From assembly GCF_009914755.1 (NCBI RefSeq), contig NC_060925.1: a DNA stretch of 64,000 bases, one strand, 5' to 3'. This document shows, piece by piece, positions 13,701-28,100 of the stretch. The stretch comes from the human T2T-CHM13v2.0 reference genome, Homo sapiens. The position numbers were made by a program, and so were the translations under genes. Position 1 is the first letter of the stretch, and each line of letters opens with the position of its first letter. The notes under the pieces are model-generated. The model was not told the DNA's origin. It was given only the letters and a program-made list of their open reading frames with translations, and did not search any database.

Positions 13701-15527
13701 TTGAATGCAATCATCGAATGGTCTCGAATGGAATCATCTTCAAATGGAATGGAATGGAATCATCGCATAGAATCGAATGGAATTATCATCGAATGGAATC
13801 GAAAGGTATCAACAACAAACGGAAAAAAACGGAATTATCGAATGGAATCGAAGAGAATCTTCGAACGGACCCGAATGGAATCACCTAATGGAATGGAATG
13901 GAATAATCCATGGACTGTAATGCAATCATCATCGAATGGAATCGAATGGAATCATCGAATGGACTCGAATGGAATAATCATTGAACGGAATCGAATGGAA
14001 TCATCATCGGATGGAAATGAATGGAATCATCATCGAATGGAATCGAATAGAATTATGGAATGAAATCCAGTGTGATCATCATCGAATGGACCCGAATGGA
14101 ATCATCATCCAACGGAAGCTAATGGAATCAACATCGAATGAATCGAATGGAAACACCATCGAATTGAAACGAATGGAATTATCATGAAATTGAAATGGAT
14201 GGACTCATCATCGAATGGATTCGAATGGAATCATCGAATAAAATTGATTGAAATCATCATCAAATGGAATCGAATGGTATCATTGAATGGAATCGAATGG
14301 AATCATCATCAGATGGAAATGAATGGAATCGTCATAGAATGGAATCGAATGGATTCATTGAATGGAATCAGATGGAATCATCTAATGGACTGGAATGGAA
14401 TCACTGAATGGACTCGAAAGGGATCATCATTGAATGGAATTGAATGGAATCATCGAATGGTCTCGATTGGAATCATTATCAAATGGAATCGAATGAAATC
14501 ACCGAATAGAATCGAATGGAGCAATCATCGAATGGACTCAAATGGAATTATCTTCAAATGGAATCGAATGGAATTATCGAATGCAATCGAAAGGAATTAT
14601 CGAATGCAATCGAATAGAATCATCGAATGGACTCGAATGGAATCATCGAATGGAATGGAATGGACCAGTCAATGAACTCGAATGGAATCATCATTGAATG
14701 GAATCGAATGGAATCATCGAGTGGAATCGAATGGAATTATGATCAAATGGAATCGAATGTAATCATCATCAAATGGAATCAAAGTAGCCATCATCAATTG
14801 GTAATGAATGGATTTGTCATCAAATGGAATTCAAAGGAATCGTCATCAAATGGAACCGAATGGAATCCTCATTGAATGGAAATGAAAGGGGTCATCATCT
14901 AATGGAATCGCATGGAATCATCATCAAATGGAATCGAATGCAATCTTCATCAAATGGAATCTAATGGAATCATTGAACAGAATTGAATGGAATCGTCATC
15001 GAATGAATTGAATGCAATCATCGAATGGTCTCGAATGGAATCATCTTCTAATGGAAAGGAATGGAATCATCGCATAGAATCGAATGGAATTAACATTGAA
15101 TGGACTCGAATGGAATCAACATCAAACGGAATCAAGCGGAATTATCGAATGGAATCGAAGAGAATCATCGAATGGACTCGAATGGAATCATCTAATGGAA
15201 TGGAATGGAATAATCCACGGACTCGAATGCAATCATCATCGTATAGAATCGAATGGAATCATCGAATGGACTCGAATGGAATAATCATTGAACGGAATCA
15301 AATGGAATCATCATCGGATGGAAACGAATGGAATCATCATCGAATGGAAATGAAAAGAGTCATCATCTAATGGAATTGCATGGAATCATCATAAAATGGA
15401 ATCGAATGGAATCAACATCAAATGGAATCAAATGGAATCATTGAACGGAATTGAATGGAATCGTCATCGAATGAATTGAATGCAATCATCGAATGGTCTC
15501 GAATGGAATCATCTTCAAATGGAATGG
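8986..15527 (+). repeat. ~6.5-kb segment duplicated at 36253-42794 (offset 27267)
   Basis: Rare variants are shared at a constant offset: ATGAGATCGT (10971/38238), a 3-bp deletion GGAGTCATCTAATGG (~13121/40388), AAAGTAGCCATC (~14781/42048), and ORFs 11475/38742, 12747/40014, 14627/41894. Confidence 0.9.
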
Positions 15528-18500
15528 AATGGAATCATCGGATAGAATCGAATGGAATTATCATCGAATGGAATCGAATGGTATCAACATCAAACGGAAA
15601 AAAACGGAATTTTCGAATGGAATCGAAGAGAATCATCGAATGGACCCGAATGCAATCATCTAATGGAATGGAATGGAATAATCAATGGACTCGAATGCAA
15701 TCATCATCGAATGGAATCGAATGGAATCATCGAATGAACTCGAATGGAAAAATCATTGAACGGAATCGAATGGAATCATCATCGGATGGAAATGAATGGA
15801 ATCATCATCGAATGGAATCGAATAGAATTATGGAATGAAATCCAGTGTGATCATCATCGAATGGACCCGAATGGAATCATCATCCAACGGAAGCTAATGG
15901 AATCAACATTGAATGAATCGAATGGAAACACCATCGAATTGAAACGAATGGAATTATCATGAAATTGAAATGGATGGACTCATCATCGAATGGATTCGAA
16001 TGGAATCATCGAATAAAATTGATTGAAATCATCATCAAATGGAATCGAATGGTATCATTGAATGGAATCGAATGGAATCATCATCAGATGGAAATGAATG
16101 GAATCGTCATAGAATGGAATCGAATGGATTCATTGAATGGAATCAGATGGAATCATCGAATGGACTGGAATGGAATCATTGAATGGACTCGAAAGGGATC
16201 ATTATTGAACGGAATTGAATGGAATCATCGAATGGTCTCGATTGGAATCATTATCAAATGGAATCGAATGGAATCACCGAATAGAATCGAATGGAACAAT
16301 CATCGAATGGACTCAAATGGAATTATCCTCAAATGGAATGGAATGGAATTATCGAATGCAATCGAATGGAATTATCGAATGCAATCGAATGGAATTATCG
16401 AATGCAATCGAATAGAATCATCGAATGGACTCGAATGGAATCATCGAATGGAATGGAATGGAACAGTCAATGAACTCGAATGGAATCATCATTGAATGGA
16501 ATCGAAAGGAATCATCGAGTGGAATCGAATGGAATTATGATCAAATGGAATCGAATGTAATCATCATCAAATGGAATCAAAAATAACCATCATCAATTGG
16601 TATTGAATGGAATTGTCATCAAATGGAATTCAAAGGAAACATCATAAAATGGAACCGAATGGAATCCTCATTGAATGGAAATGAAAGGGGTCATCATCTA
16701 ATGGAATCGCATGGAATCATCATCAAATGGAATCGAATGGAATCATCATCAAATGGAATCTGATGGAATCATTGAACAGAATTGCATGGAATCGTCATCG
16801 AATGAATTGAATGCAATCATCGAATGGTCTCGAATGGAATCATCTTCTAATGGAAAGGAATGGAATCATCGCATAGAATCGAATGGAATTAACATCGAAT
16901 GGACTCGAATGGAATCAATATCAAACGGAATCAAGCGGAATTATCGAATGGAATCGAAGAGAATCATAGAATGGACTCGAATGGAATCATCTAATGGAAT
17001 GGAATGGAATAATCCACGGACCCGAATGCAATCATCATCGAATGGAAACGAATGGAATCATCGAATGGACTCGAATGGAATAATCATTGAACGGAATCGA
17101 ATGGAATCATCATCGGATGGAAATGAATGGAATCATCATCGAATGGAATCGAATAGAATTATGGAATGAAATCCACTGTGATCATCATCGAATGGACCCG
17201 AATGGAATCATCATCCAACGGAAGCTAATGGAATCAACATCGAATGGATCCAATGGAAACACCATCGAATTGAAACGAATGGAATTACCATGAAATTGAA
17301 ATGGATGGACTCATCATCGAATGGATTCGAATGGAAACATCGAATAAAATTGATTGAAATCATCATCGAATGGAATCGAATGGTATCATTGAATGGAATC
17401 GAATGGAATCATTATCAGATGGAAATGAATGGAATCGTCATAGAATGGAATCGAATGGATTCATTGAATGGAATCAGATGGAATCATCGAATGTACTGGA
17501 ATGGAATCATTGAATGGACTCGAAAGGGATCATGATTGAATGGAATTGAATGGAATCATCGAATGGTCTCGATTGGAATCATTATCAAATGGAATCGAAT
17601 GGAATCACCGAATAGAATCGAATGGAACAATCATCGAATGGACTCAAATGGAATTATCCTCAAATGGAATCGAATGGAATTATCGAATGCAATCGAATGG
17701 AATTATCGAATGCAATCGAATAGAGTCATCGAATGGACTCGAATGGAATCATCGAATGGAATGGAATGGAACAGTCAATGAACTCGAATGGAATCATCAT
17801 TGAATGGAATCGAATGGAATCATCGAGTGGAATCGAATGGAATTATGATCAAATGGAATCGAATGTAATCATCATCAAATGGAATCAAAAATAATCATCA
17901 TCAATTGGTATTGAATGGAATTGTCATCAAATGGAATTCAATGGAAACATCATCAAATGGAACCGAATGGAGTCCTCATTGAATGGAAATGAAAGGGGTC
18001 ATCATCTAATGGAATCGCATGGAATCATCATCAAATGGAATCGAATGGAATCAACATCAAATGGAATCTGATGGAATCATTGAACAGAATTGAATGGAAT
18101 CGTCATCGAATGAATTGAATGCAATCATCGAATGGTCTCGAATGGAATCATCTTCTAATGGAAAGGAATGGAATCATCGCACAGAATCGAATGGAATTAT
18201 CATCGAATGGAATCGAATGGTATCAACACCAAACGGAAAAAAACGGAATTATCGAATGGAATCAAAGAGAATCTTCGAACGGACCCGAATGGAATCATCT
18301 AATGGAATGGAATGGAATAATCCATGGACTGGAAGGCAATCATCATCGAATGGAATCGAATGGAATCATCGAATGGACTCGAATGGAATAATCATTGAAC
18401 GGAATCGAATGGAATCATCATCGGATGGAAACGAATGGAATCATCATCGAATGGAAATGAAAGGAGTCATCATCTAATGGAATTGCATGGAATCATCATA

Positions 18501-18650
18501 AAATGGAATCGAATGGAATCAACATCAAATGGAATCAAATGGAATCATTGAACGGAATTGAATGGAATCATCATCGAATGAATTGAATGCAATCATCGAA
18601 TGGTCTCGAATGGAATCATCTTCAAATGGAATGGAATGGAATCATCGCAT
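15492..18650 (+). repeat. ~3.1-kb segment duplicated at ~45471-48630 (offset 29979) and, in part, again 8580 bp further on
   Basis: ORFs 15959/45938/54518, 16711/46690/55270, 17290/47269/55849, 18094/48073/56653. A private BamHI GGATCC lies at 17246, 47225 and 55805. Confidence 0.9.
16341..16409 (+). repeat. Triplicated 23-mer GAATGGAATTATCGAATGCAATC (normally 2 copies), defining the 1331-bp unit
   Basis: Copies start at 16341, 16364 and 16387, and 1308+23=1331. The triplet also occurs at ~46320, ~53569, ~54900 and ~62149. Confidence 0.9.
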
Positions 18651-19881
18651 AGAATTGAATGGAATTATCATCGAATGGAATCGAATGGAATCAACATCAA
18701 ACGGAAAAAAACGGAATTATCGAATGGAATCGAAGAGAATCATCGAATGGACCCGAATGGAATCATCTAATGGAATGGAATGGAATAATCCATGGACTCG
18801 AATGCAATCATCATCGAATGGAATCGAATGGAATCATCGAATGGACTCGAATGGAATAATCATTGAACGGAATCGAATGGAATCATCATCGGATGGAAAC
18901 GAATGGAATCATCATCGAATGGAAATGAAAGGAGTCATCATCTAATGGAATTGCATGGAATCATCATAAAATGGAATCGAATGGAATCAACATCAAATGG
19001 AATCAAATGGAATCATTGAACGGAATTGAATGGAATCATCATCGAATGAATTGAATGCAATCATCGAATGGTCTCGAATGGAATCATCTTCAAATGGAAT
19101 GGAATGGAATCATCGCATAGAATCGAATGGAATTATCATCGAATGGAATCGAATGGAATCAACATCAAACGGAAAAAAACGGAATTATCGAATGGAATCG
19201 AAGAGAATCATCGAATGGACCCGAATGGAATCATCTAATGGAATGGAATGGAATAATCCATGGACTCGAATGCAATCATCATCGAATGGAATCGAATGGA
19301 ATCATCGAATGGACTCGAATGGAATAATCATTGAACGGAATCGAATGGAATCATCATCGGATGGAAACGAATGGAATCATCATCGAATGGAAATGAAAGG
19401 AGTCATCATGCAATGGAATTGCATGGAATCATCATAAAATGGAATCGAATGGAATCAACATCAAATAGAATCAAATGGAATCATTGAACGGAATTGAATG
19501 GAATCGTCATCGAATGAATTGAATGCAATCATCGAATGGTCTCGAATGGAATCATCTTCAAATGGAATGGAATGGAATCATCGCATAGAATCGAATGGAA
19601 TTATCATCGAATGGAATCGAATGGAATCAACATCAAACAGAAAAAAACGGAATTATCGAATGGAATCGAAGAGAATCATCGAACGGACCCGAATGGAATC
19701 ATCTAATGGAATGGAATGGAATAATCCATGGACTCGAATGCAATCATCATCGAATGGAATCGAATGGAATCATCGAATGGACTCGAATGGAATAATCATT
19801 GAACGGAATCGAATGGAATCACCATCGGATGGAAATGAATGGAATCATCATCGAATGGAATCGAATAGAATTATGGAATGA
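18094..19881 (+). repeat. Tandem 468-bp modules (4 copies), an example of the variable-copy sub-repeat
   Basis: Module starts (ATGGAATCRTCATCGAATGAATTGAATGC) at 18094, 18562, 19030, 19498. Similar runs occur at 12279-13680, 44030-45434, 48073-49477 and 56653-58057. Confidence 0.92.
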
Positions 19882-20834
19882 AATCCAGTGTGATCATCAT
19901 CGAATGGACCCGAATGGAATCATCATCCAACGGAAGCTAATGGAATCAACATCGAATGAATCGAATGGAAACACCATCGAATTGAAACGAATGGAATTAT
20001 CATGAAATTGAAATGGATGGACTCATCATCGAATGGATTCGAATGGAATCATCGAATAAAATTGATTGAAATCATCATCGAATGGTATCGAATGGTATCA
20101 TTGAATGGAATCGAATGGAATCATCATCAGATGGAAATGAATGGAATCGTCATAGAATGGAATCGAATGGATTCATTGAATGGAATCAGATGGAATCATC
20201 GAATGGACTGGAATGGAATCATTGAATGGACTCGAAAGGGATCATTATTGAATGGAATTGAATGGAATTATCGAATGGTCTCGATTGGAATCATTATCAA
20301 ATGGAATCGAATTTAATCACCGAATAGAATCGAATGGAACAATCATCGAATGGACTCAACTGGAATTATCCTCAAATGGAATCGAATGGAATTATCGAAT
20401 GCAATCGAATGGAATTATCGAATGCAATCGAATAGAATCATCGAATGGACTCGAATGGAATCATCGAATGGAATGGAATGGAACAGTCAATGAACTCGAA
20501 TGGAATCATCATTGAATGGAATCGAATGGAATCATCGAGTGGAATCGAATGGAAATATGATCAAATGGAATCATATGTAATCATCATCAAATGGAATCAA
20601 AAATAACCATCATCAAGTGGTATTGAAAGGAATTCTCATCAAATGGAATTCAAAGGAATCATCATCAAATGGAACTGAATGGAATCCTCATTGAATGGAA
20701 ATGAAAGGGGTCATCATCTAATGGAATCGCATGGAATCATCATCAAATGGAATCGAATGGAATCATCATCAAATGGAATCTGATGGAATCATTGAACAGA
20801 ATTGAATGGAATCGTCATCGAATGAATTGAATAC

Positions 20835-21128
20835 AATCATCGAATGGTCTCGAATGTAATCACATTCTAATGGAAAGGAATGGAATCATCGCATAGAATC
20901 GAATGGAATTAACATTGAATGGACTCGAATGGAATCAACATCAAACGGAATCAAGCGGAATTATCGAATGGAATCGAAGAGAATCATCGAATGGTCTCGA
21001 ATGGAATCATCTTCTAATGGAAAGGAATGGAATCATCGCATAGAATCGAATGGAATTAACATTGAATGGACTCGAATGGAATCAACATCAAATGGAATCA
21101 AGCGGAATTATCGAATGAAATCGAAGAG
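20835..21128 (+). repeat. 147-bp tandem duplication inside a 468-bp module (gives the single 1923-bp unit)
   Basis: AATCATCGAATGG(T/A)CTCGAATG at 20835, 20982 and 21129, with the intervening block repeated twice. 1776+147=1923 equals the anchor spacing 20002 to 21925. Confidence 0.9.
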
Positions 21129-24100
21129 AATCATCGAATGGACTCGAATGGAATCATCTAATGGAATGGAATGGAATAATCCACGGACTCGAATGCAATC
21201 ATCATCGCATAGAATCGAATGGAATCATCGAAAGGACTCGAATGGAATAACCATTGAACGGAATCGAATGGAATCATCATCGGATGGAAACGAATGGAAT
21301 CATCATCGAATGGAAATGAAAGGAGTCATCATCTAATGGAATTGCATGGAATCATCATAAAATGGAATCGAATGGAATCATCATCAAATGGAATCAAATG
21401 GAATCATTGAACGGAATTGAATGGAATCGTCATCGAATGAATTGAATGCAATCATCGAATGGTCTCGAATGGAATCATCTTCAAATGGAATGGAATGGAA
21501 TCATCGCATAGAATCGAATGGAATTATCATCGAATGGAATCGAATGGTATCAACATCAAACGGAAAAAAACGGAATTATCGAATGGAATCGAAGAGAATC
21601 TTCGAACGGACCCGAATGGAATCATCTAATGGAATGGAATGGAATAATCCATGGACTCGAATGCAATCATTATCGAATGGAATCGAATGGAATCATTGAA
21701 AGGACTCGAATGGAATAATCATTGAACGGAATCGAATGGAATCATCATCGGATGGAAATGAATGGAATCATCATCGAATGGAATCGAATAGAATTATGGA
21801 ATGAAATCCAGTGTGATCATCATCGAATGGACCCGAATGGAATCATCATCCAACGGAAGCTAATGGAATCAACATCGAATGAATCGAATGGAAACACCAT
21901 CGAATTGAAACGAATGGAATTATCATGAAATTGAAACGGATGGACTCATCATCGAATGGATTCGAATGGAATCATCGAATAAAATTGATTGAAATCATCA
22001 TCGAATGGAATCGAATGGTATCATTGAATAGAATCGAATGGAATCATCATCAGATGGAAATGAATGGAATCGTCATAGAATGGAATCGAATGGATTCATT
22101 GAATGGAATCAGATGGAATCATCGAATGGACTGGAATGGAATCATTGAATGGACTCGAAAGGGATCATTATTGAATGGAATTGAATGGAATCATCGAACG
22201 GTCTCGATTGGAATCATTATCAAATGGAATCGAATGGAATCACCGAATAGAATCGAATGGAACAATCATCGAATGGACTCAAATGGAATTATCCTCAAAT
22301 GGAATCGAATGGAATTATCGAATGCAATCGAATGGAATTATCGAATGCAATCGAATAGAATCATCGAATGGACTCGAATGGAATCATCGAATGGAATGGA
22401 ATGGAACAGTCAATGAACTCGAATGGAATCATCATTGAATGGAATCGAATGGAATCATCGCGTGGAATCGAATGGAATTATGATCAAATGGAATCGAATG
22501 TAATCATCATCAAATGGAATCAAAAATAACCATCATCAATTGGTATTGAATGGAATTGTCATCAAATGGAATTCAAAGGAATCATCATCAAATGGAACCG
22601 AATGGAATCCTCATTGAATGGAAATGAAAGGAGTCATCATCTAATGGAATCGCATGGAATCATCATCAAATGGAATCGAATGGAATCATCATCAAATGGA
22701 ATCTAATGGAATCATTGAAAGAATTGAATGGAATCATCATCGAATGAATTGAATGCAATCATCGAATGGTCTCGAATGGAATCATCTTCTAATGGAAAGG
22801 AATGGAATCATCGCATAGAATCGAATGGAATTATCATCGAATGGAATCGAATGGTATCAACACCAAACGGAAAAAAACGGAATTATCGAATGGAATCGAA
22901 GAGAATCTTCGAACGGACCCGAATGGAATCATCTAATGGAATGGAATGGAATAATCCATGGACTCCAATGCAATCATCATCGAATGGAATCGAATGGAAT
23001 CATCGAATGGACTCGAATGGAATAATCATTGAACGGAATCGAATGGAATCATCATCGGATGGAAACGAATGGAATCATCATCGAATGGAAATGAAAGGAG
23101 TCATCATCTAATGGAATTGCATGAAATCATCATCAAATGGAATCGAATGGAATCAACATCAAATGGAATCAAATGGAATCATTGAACGGAATTGAATGGA
23201 ATCGTCATCGAATGAATTGAATGCAATCATCGAATGGTCTCGAATGGAATCATCTTCAAATGGAATGGAATGGAATCATCGCATAGAATCGAATGGAATT
23301 ATCATCGAATGGAATCGAATGGAATCAACATCAAACGGAAAAAAACGGAATTATCGAATGGAATCGAAGAGAATCATCGAATGGACCCGAATGGAATCAT
23401 CTAATGGAATGGAATGGAATAATCCATGGACTCGAATGCAATCATCATCGAATGGAATCGAATGGAATCATCGAATGGACTCGAATGGAATAATCATGGA
23501 ACGGAATCGAATGGAATCATCATCGGATGGAAATGTATGGAATCATCATCGAATGGAATCGAATAGAATTATGGAATGAAATCCAGTGTGATCATCATCG
23601 AATGGACCCGAATGGAATCATCATCCAACGGAAGCTAATGGAATCAACATCGAATGAATCGAATGGAAACACCATCGAATTGAAACGAATGGAATTATCA
23701 TGAAATTGAAACGGATGGACTCATCATCGAATGGATTCGAATGGAATCATCGAATAAAATTGATTGAAATCATCATCGAATGGAATCGAATGGTATCATT
23801 GAATGGAATCGAATGGAATCATCATCAGATGGAAATGAATGGAATCGTCATAGAATGGAATCGAATGGATTCATTGAATGGAATCAGATGGAATCATCGA
23901 ATGGACTGGAATGGAATCATTGAATGGACTCGAAAGGGATCATTATTGAATGGAATTGAATGGAATCATCGAATGGTCTCGATTGTAATCATTATCAAAT
24001 GGAATCGAATGGAATCACCGAATAGAATCGAATGGAACAATCATCGAATGGACTCAAATGGAATTATCCTCAAATGGAATCGAATGGAATTATCGAATGC

Positions 24101-25150
24101 AACCGAATGGAATTATCGAATGCAATCGAATAGAATCATCGAATGGACTCGAATGGAATCATCGAATGGAATGGAATGGAACAGTCAATGAACTCGAATG
24201 GAATCATCATTGAATGGAATCGAATGGAATCATCGAGTGGAATCGAATGGAATTATGATCAAATGGAATCGAATGTAATCATCATCAAATGGAATCAAAA
24301 ATAACCATCATCAATTGGTATTGAATGGAATTGTCATCAAATGGAATTCAAAGGAATCATCATCAAATGGAACCGAAAGGAATCCTCATTGAATGGAAAT
24401 GAAAGGGGTCATCATCTAATGGAATCGCATGGAATCATCATCAAATGGAATCGAATGGAATCATCATCAAATGGAATCTAATGGTATCATTGAAAGAATT
24501 GAATGGAATCATCATCGAATGAATTGAATGCAATCATCGAATGGTCTCGAATGGAATCATCTTCAAATGGAATGGAATGGAATCATCGCATAGAATCGAA
24601 TGGAATTATCATCGAATGGAATCGAATGGAATCAACATCAAACGGAAAAAAACGGAATTATCGAATAGAATCGAAGAGAATCATCGAACGGACCCGAATG
24701 GAATCATCTAATGGAATGGAATGGAATAATCCATGGACTCGAAGGCAATCATCATCGAATGGAATCGAATGGAATCATCGAATGGACTCGAATGGAATAA
24801 TCATTGAACGGAATCGAATGGAATCATCATCGGATGGAAACGAATGGAATCATCATCGAATGGAAATTAAAGGAGTCATCATCTAATGGAATTGCATGGA
24901 ATCATCATCAAATGGAATCGAATGGAATCAACATCAAATGGAATCAAATGGAATCATTGAACGGAATTGAATGGAATCGTCATCGAATGAATTGAATACA
25001 ATCATCGAATGGTCTCGAATGCAATCATCTTCTAATGGAAAGGAATGGAATCATCGCATAGAATCGAATGGAATTAACATTGAATGGACTCGAATGGAAT
25101 CAACATCAAATGGAATCAAGCGGAATTATCGAATGTAATCGAAGAGAACC

Positions 25151-28100
25151 ATCGAATGGACTCGAATGGAATCATCTAATGGAATGGAATGGAATAATCC
25201 ACGGACTCGAATGCAATCATCATCGTATAGAATCGAATGGAATCATCGAATGGACTCGAATGGAATAATCATTGAACGGAATCGAATGGAATCATCATCG
25301 GATGGAAATGAATGGAATCATCATCGAATGGAATCGAATAGAATTATGGAATGAAATCCAGTGTGATCATCATCGAATGGACCAGAATGGAATCATCATC
25401 CAACGGAAGCTAACGGAATCAACATCGAATGAATCGAATGGAAACACCATCGAATTGAAAAGAATGGAATTATCATGAAATTGAAATGGATGGACTCATC
25501 ATCGAATGGATTCGAATTGAATCATCGAATAAAATTGATTAAAATCATCATCAAATGGAATCGAATGGTATCATTGAATGGAATCGAATGGAATCATCAT
25601 CAGATGGAAATGAATGGAATCGTCATAGAATGGAATCGAATGGATTCATTGAATGGAATCAGATGGAATCAACGAATGGACTGGAATGGAATCATTGAAT
25701 GGACTCGAAAGGGATCATTGTTGAATGGAATTGAATGGAATCATCGAATGGTCTCGATTGGAATCATTATCAAATGGAATCGAATGGAATCACCGAATAG
25801 AATCGAATGGAACAATCATCGAATGGAGTCAAATGGAATTATCCTCAAATGGAATTGAATGGAATTATCGAATGCAATCGAATGGAATTATCGAATGCAA
25901 TAGAATAGAATCATCAAATGGACTCGAATGGAATCATCGAATGGAATGGAATGGAACAGTCAATGAACTCGAATGGAATCATCATTGAATGGAATCGAAT
26001 GGAATCATCGAGTGGAATCGAATGGAATTATGATCAAACGGAATCCAATGTAATCATCATCAAATGGAATCAAAAATAACCATCATCAATTGGTATTGAA
26101 TGGAATTGTCATCAAGTGGAATTCAAAGGAATCATCATCAAATGGAACCGAATGGAATCCTCATTGAATGGAAATGAAAGGAGTCATCATCTAATGGAAT
26201 CGCATGGAGTCATCATCAAATGGAATCGCATGGAATCATCATCAAATGGAATCGAATGGAATTATCATTAAATGGAATCTAATGGAATCATTGAACAGAA
26301 TTGAATGGAATCGTCATCGAATGAATTGAATGCAATCATCGAATGGTCTCGAATGGAATCATCTTCTAATGGAAAGGAATGGAATCATCGCATAGAATCG
26401 AATGGAATTAACATTGATGGACTCGAATGGAATCAACATCAAACGGAATTAAGCGGAATTATCGAATGGAATCGAAGAGAATCATCGAATGGACTCGAAT
26501 GGAATCATCTAATGGAATGGAATGGAATAATCCCCGGACTCGAATGCAATCATCATCGTATAGAATCGAGTGGAATCATCGAATGGACTCGAATGGAATA
26601 ATCATCGGATGGATACGAATGGATTCATCATCGAATGGAAATGAAAGGAGTCATCATCTAATGGAATTGCATGGAATCATCATAAAATGGAATTGAATGG
26701 AATCAACATCAAATGGAATCAAATGGAATCATTGAACGGAATTGAATGGAATCGTCATCGAATGAATTGAATGCAATCATCGAATGGTCTCAAATGGAAT
26801 CATCTTCAAATGGAATGGAATGGAATCATCGCATAGAATCGAATGGAATTATCATCGAATGGAATCGAATGGTATCAACATAAAATGGAAAAAAACGGAA
26901 TTATCGAATGGAATCGAAGAGAATCATCGAATGGACCCGAATGGAATCATCTAATGGAATGGAATGGAATAATCCATGGACTCGAATGCAGTCATCATCG
27001 AATGGAATCGAATGGAATCATCGAATGGACTCGAATGGAATAATCATTGAACGGAATCGAATGGAATCATCATCGGATGGAAATGAGTGGAATCATCATC
27101 GAATGGAATCGAATAGAATTATGGAATGAAATCTAGTGTGATCATCATCGAATGGACCCGAATGGAATCATCATCCAACGGAAGCTAATGGTATCAACTT
27201 CGAATGAATCGAATGGAAACACCATCGAATTGAAAGGAATGGAATTATCATGAAATTGAAATGGATGGACTCATCATCCAATGGATTCAAAAGGAATCAT
27301 CGAATAAAATTGATTGAAATCATCATCAAATGGATTCGAATGGTACCATTGAAAGGAATCGAATGGAATCATCATCAGATGGAAATGAATGGAATCGTCA
27401 TAGAATGGAATCGAATGGATTCATTGAATGGAATCAGATGGAATCATCGAATGGACTGGAATGGAATCATTGAATGGACTCGAAAGAGATCATTGTTGAA
27501 TGGAATTGAATGGAATCATCGAATGGTCTCGATTGGAATCATTATCAAATGGAATCGAATGGAATCACCGAATAGAATCGAATGGAACAATCATCGAATG
27601 GAGTCAAATGGAATTATCCTCAAATGGAATCGAATGGAATTATCGAATGCAATCGAATGGAATTATCGAATGCAATCGACTAGAATCATCGAATGGACTC
27701 GAATGGAATCATCGAGTATAATGGTATGGAACAGTCAATGAACTCGAATGGAATCATCATTGAATGGAATCGAATGGAATCATCGAGTGGAATCGAATGG
27801 AATTATGATCAAATGGAATCGAATGTAATCATCATCAAATGGAATCAAAAATAACCATCATCAGTTGGTATTGAATGGAATTGTCATCAAATGGAATTCA
27901 AAGGAATCATCATCAAATGGAACCGAATGGAATCCTCATTGAATGGAAATGAAAGGGGTCATCATCTAATGGAATCACATGGAATCATCATCAAATGGAA
28001 TCGAATGGAATCATCATCAAATGGAATCTAATGGAATCATTGAACAGAATTGAATGGAATCGTCATCGAATGAATTGAATGCAATCATCGAATGGTCTCG

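Larger units (their letters stand above)
10791..25150 (+). repeat. Subfamily-B block 1: heterogeneous units (2709, 1775, 1331, 2712, 1923, 1775, 1775 bp)
   Basis: Anchors at 11475, 14184, 15959, 17290, 20002, 21925, 23700. Units carry GGACTCAAA and mostly GATCATTATTG, lack the KpnI site, and show many unit-private substitutions. Confidence 0.85.

Noticed and set aside
20835-21128. 147-bp duplication equals the nucleosome core length
   Set aside because: The length is fully explained by pre-existing internal homologies 147 bp apart, and a single event cannot support a nucleosome-based mechanism.
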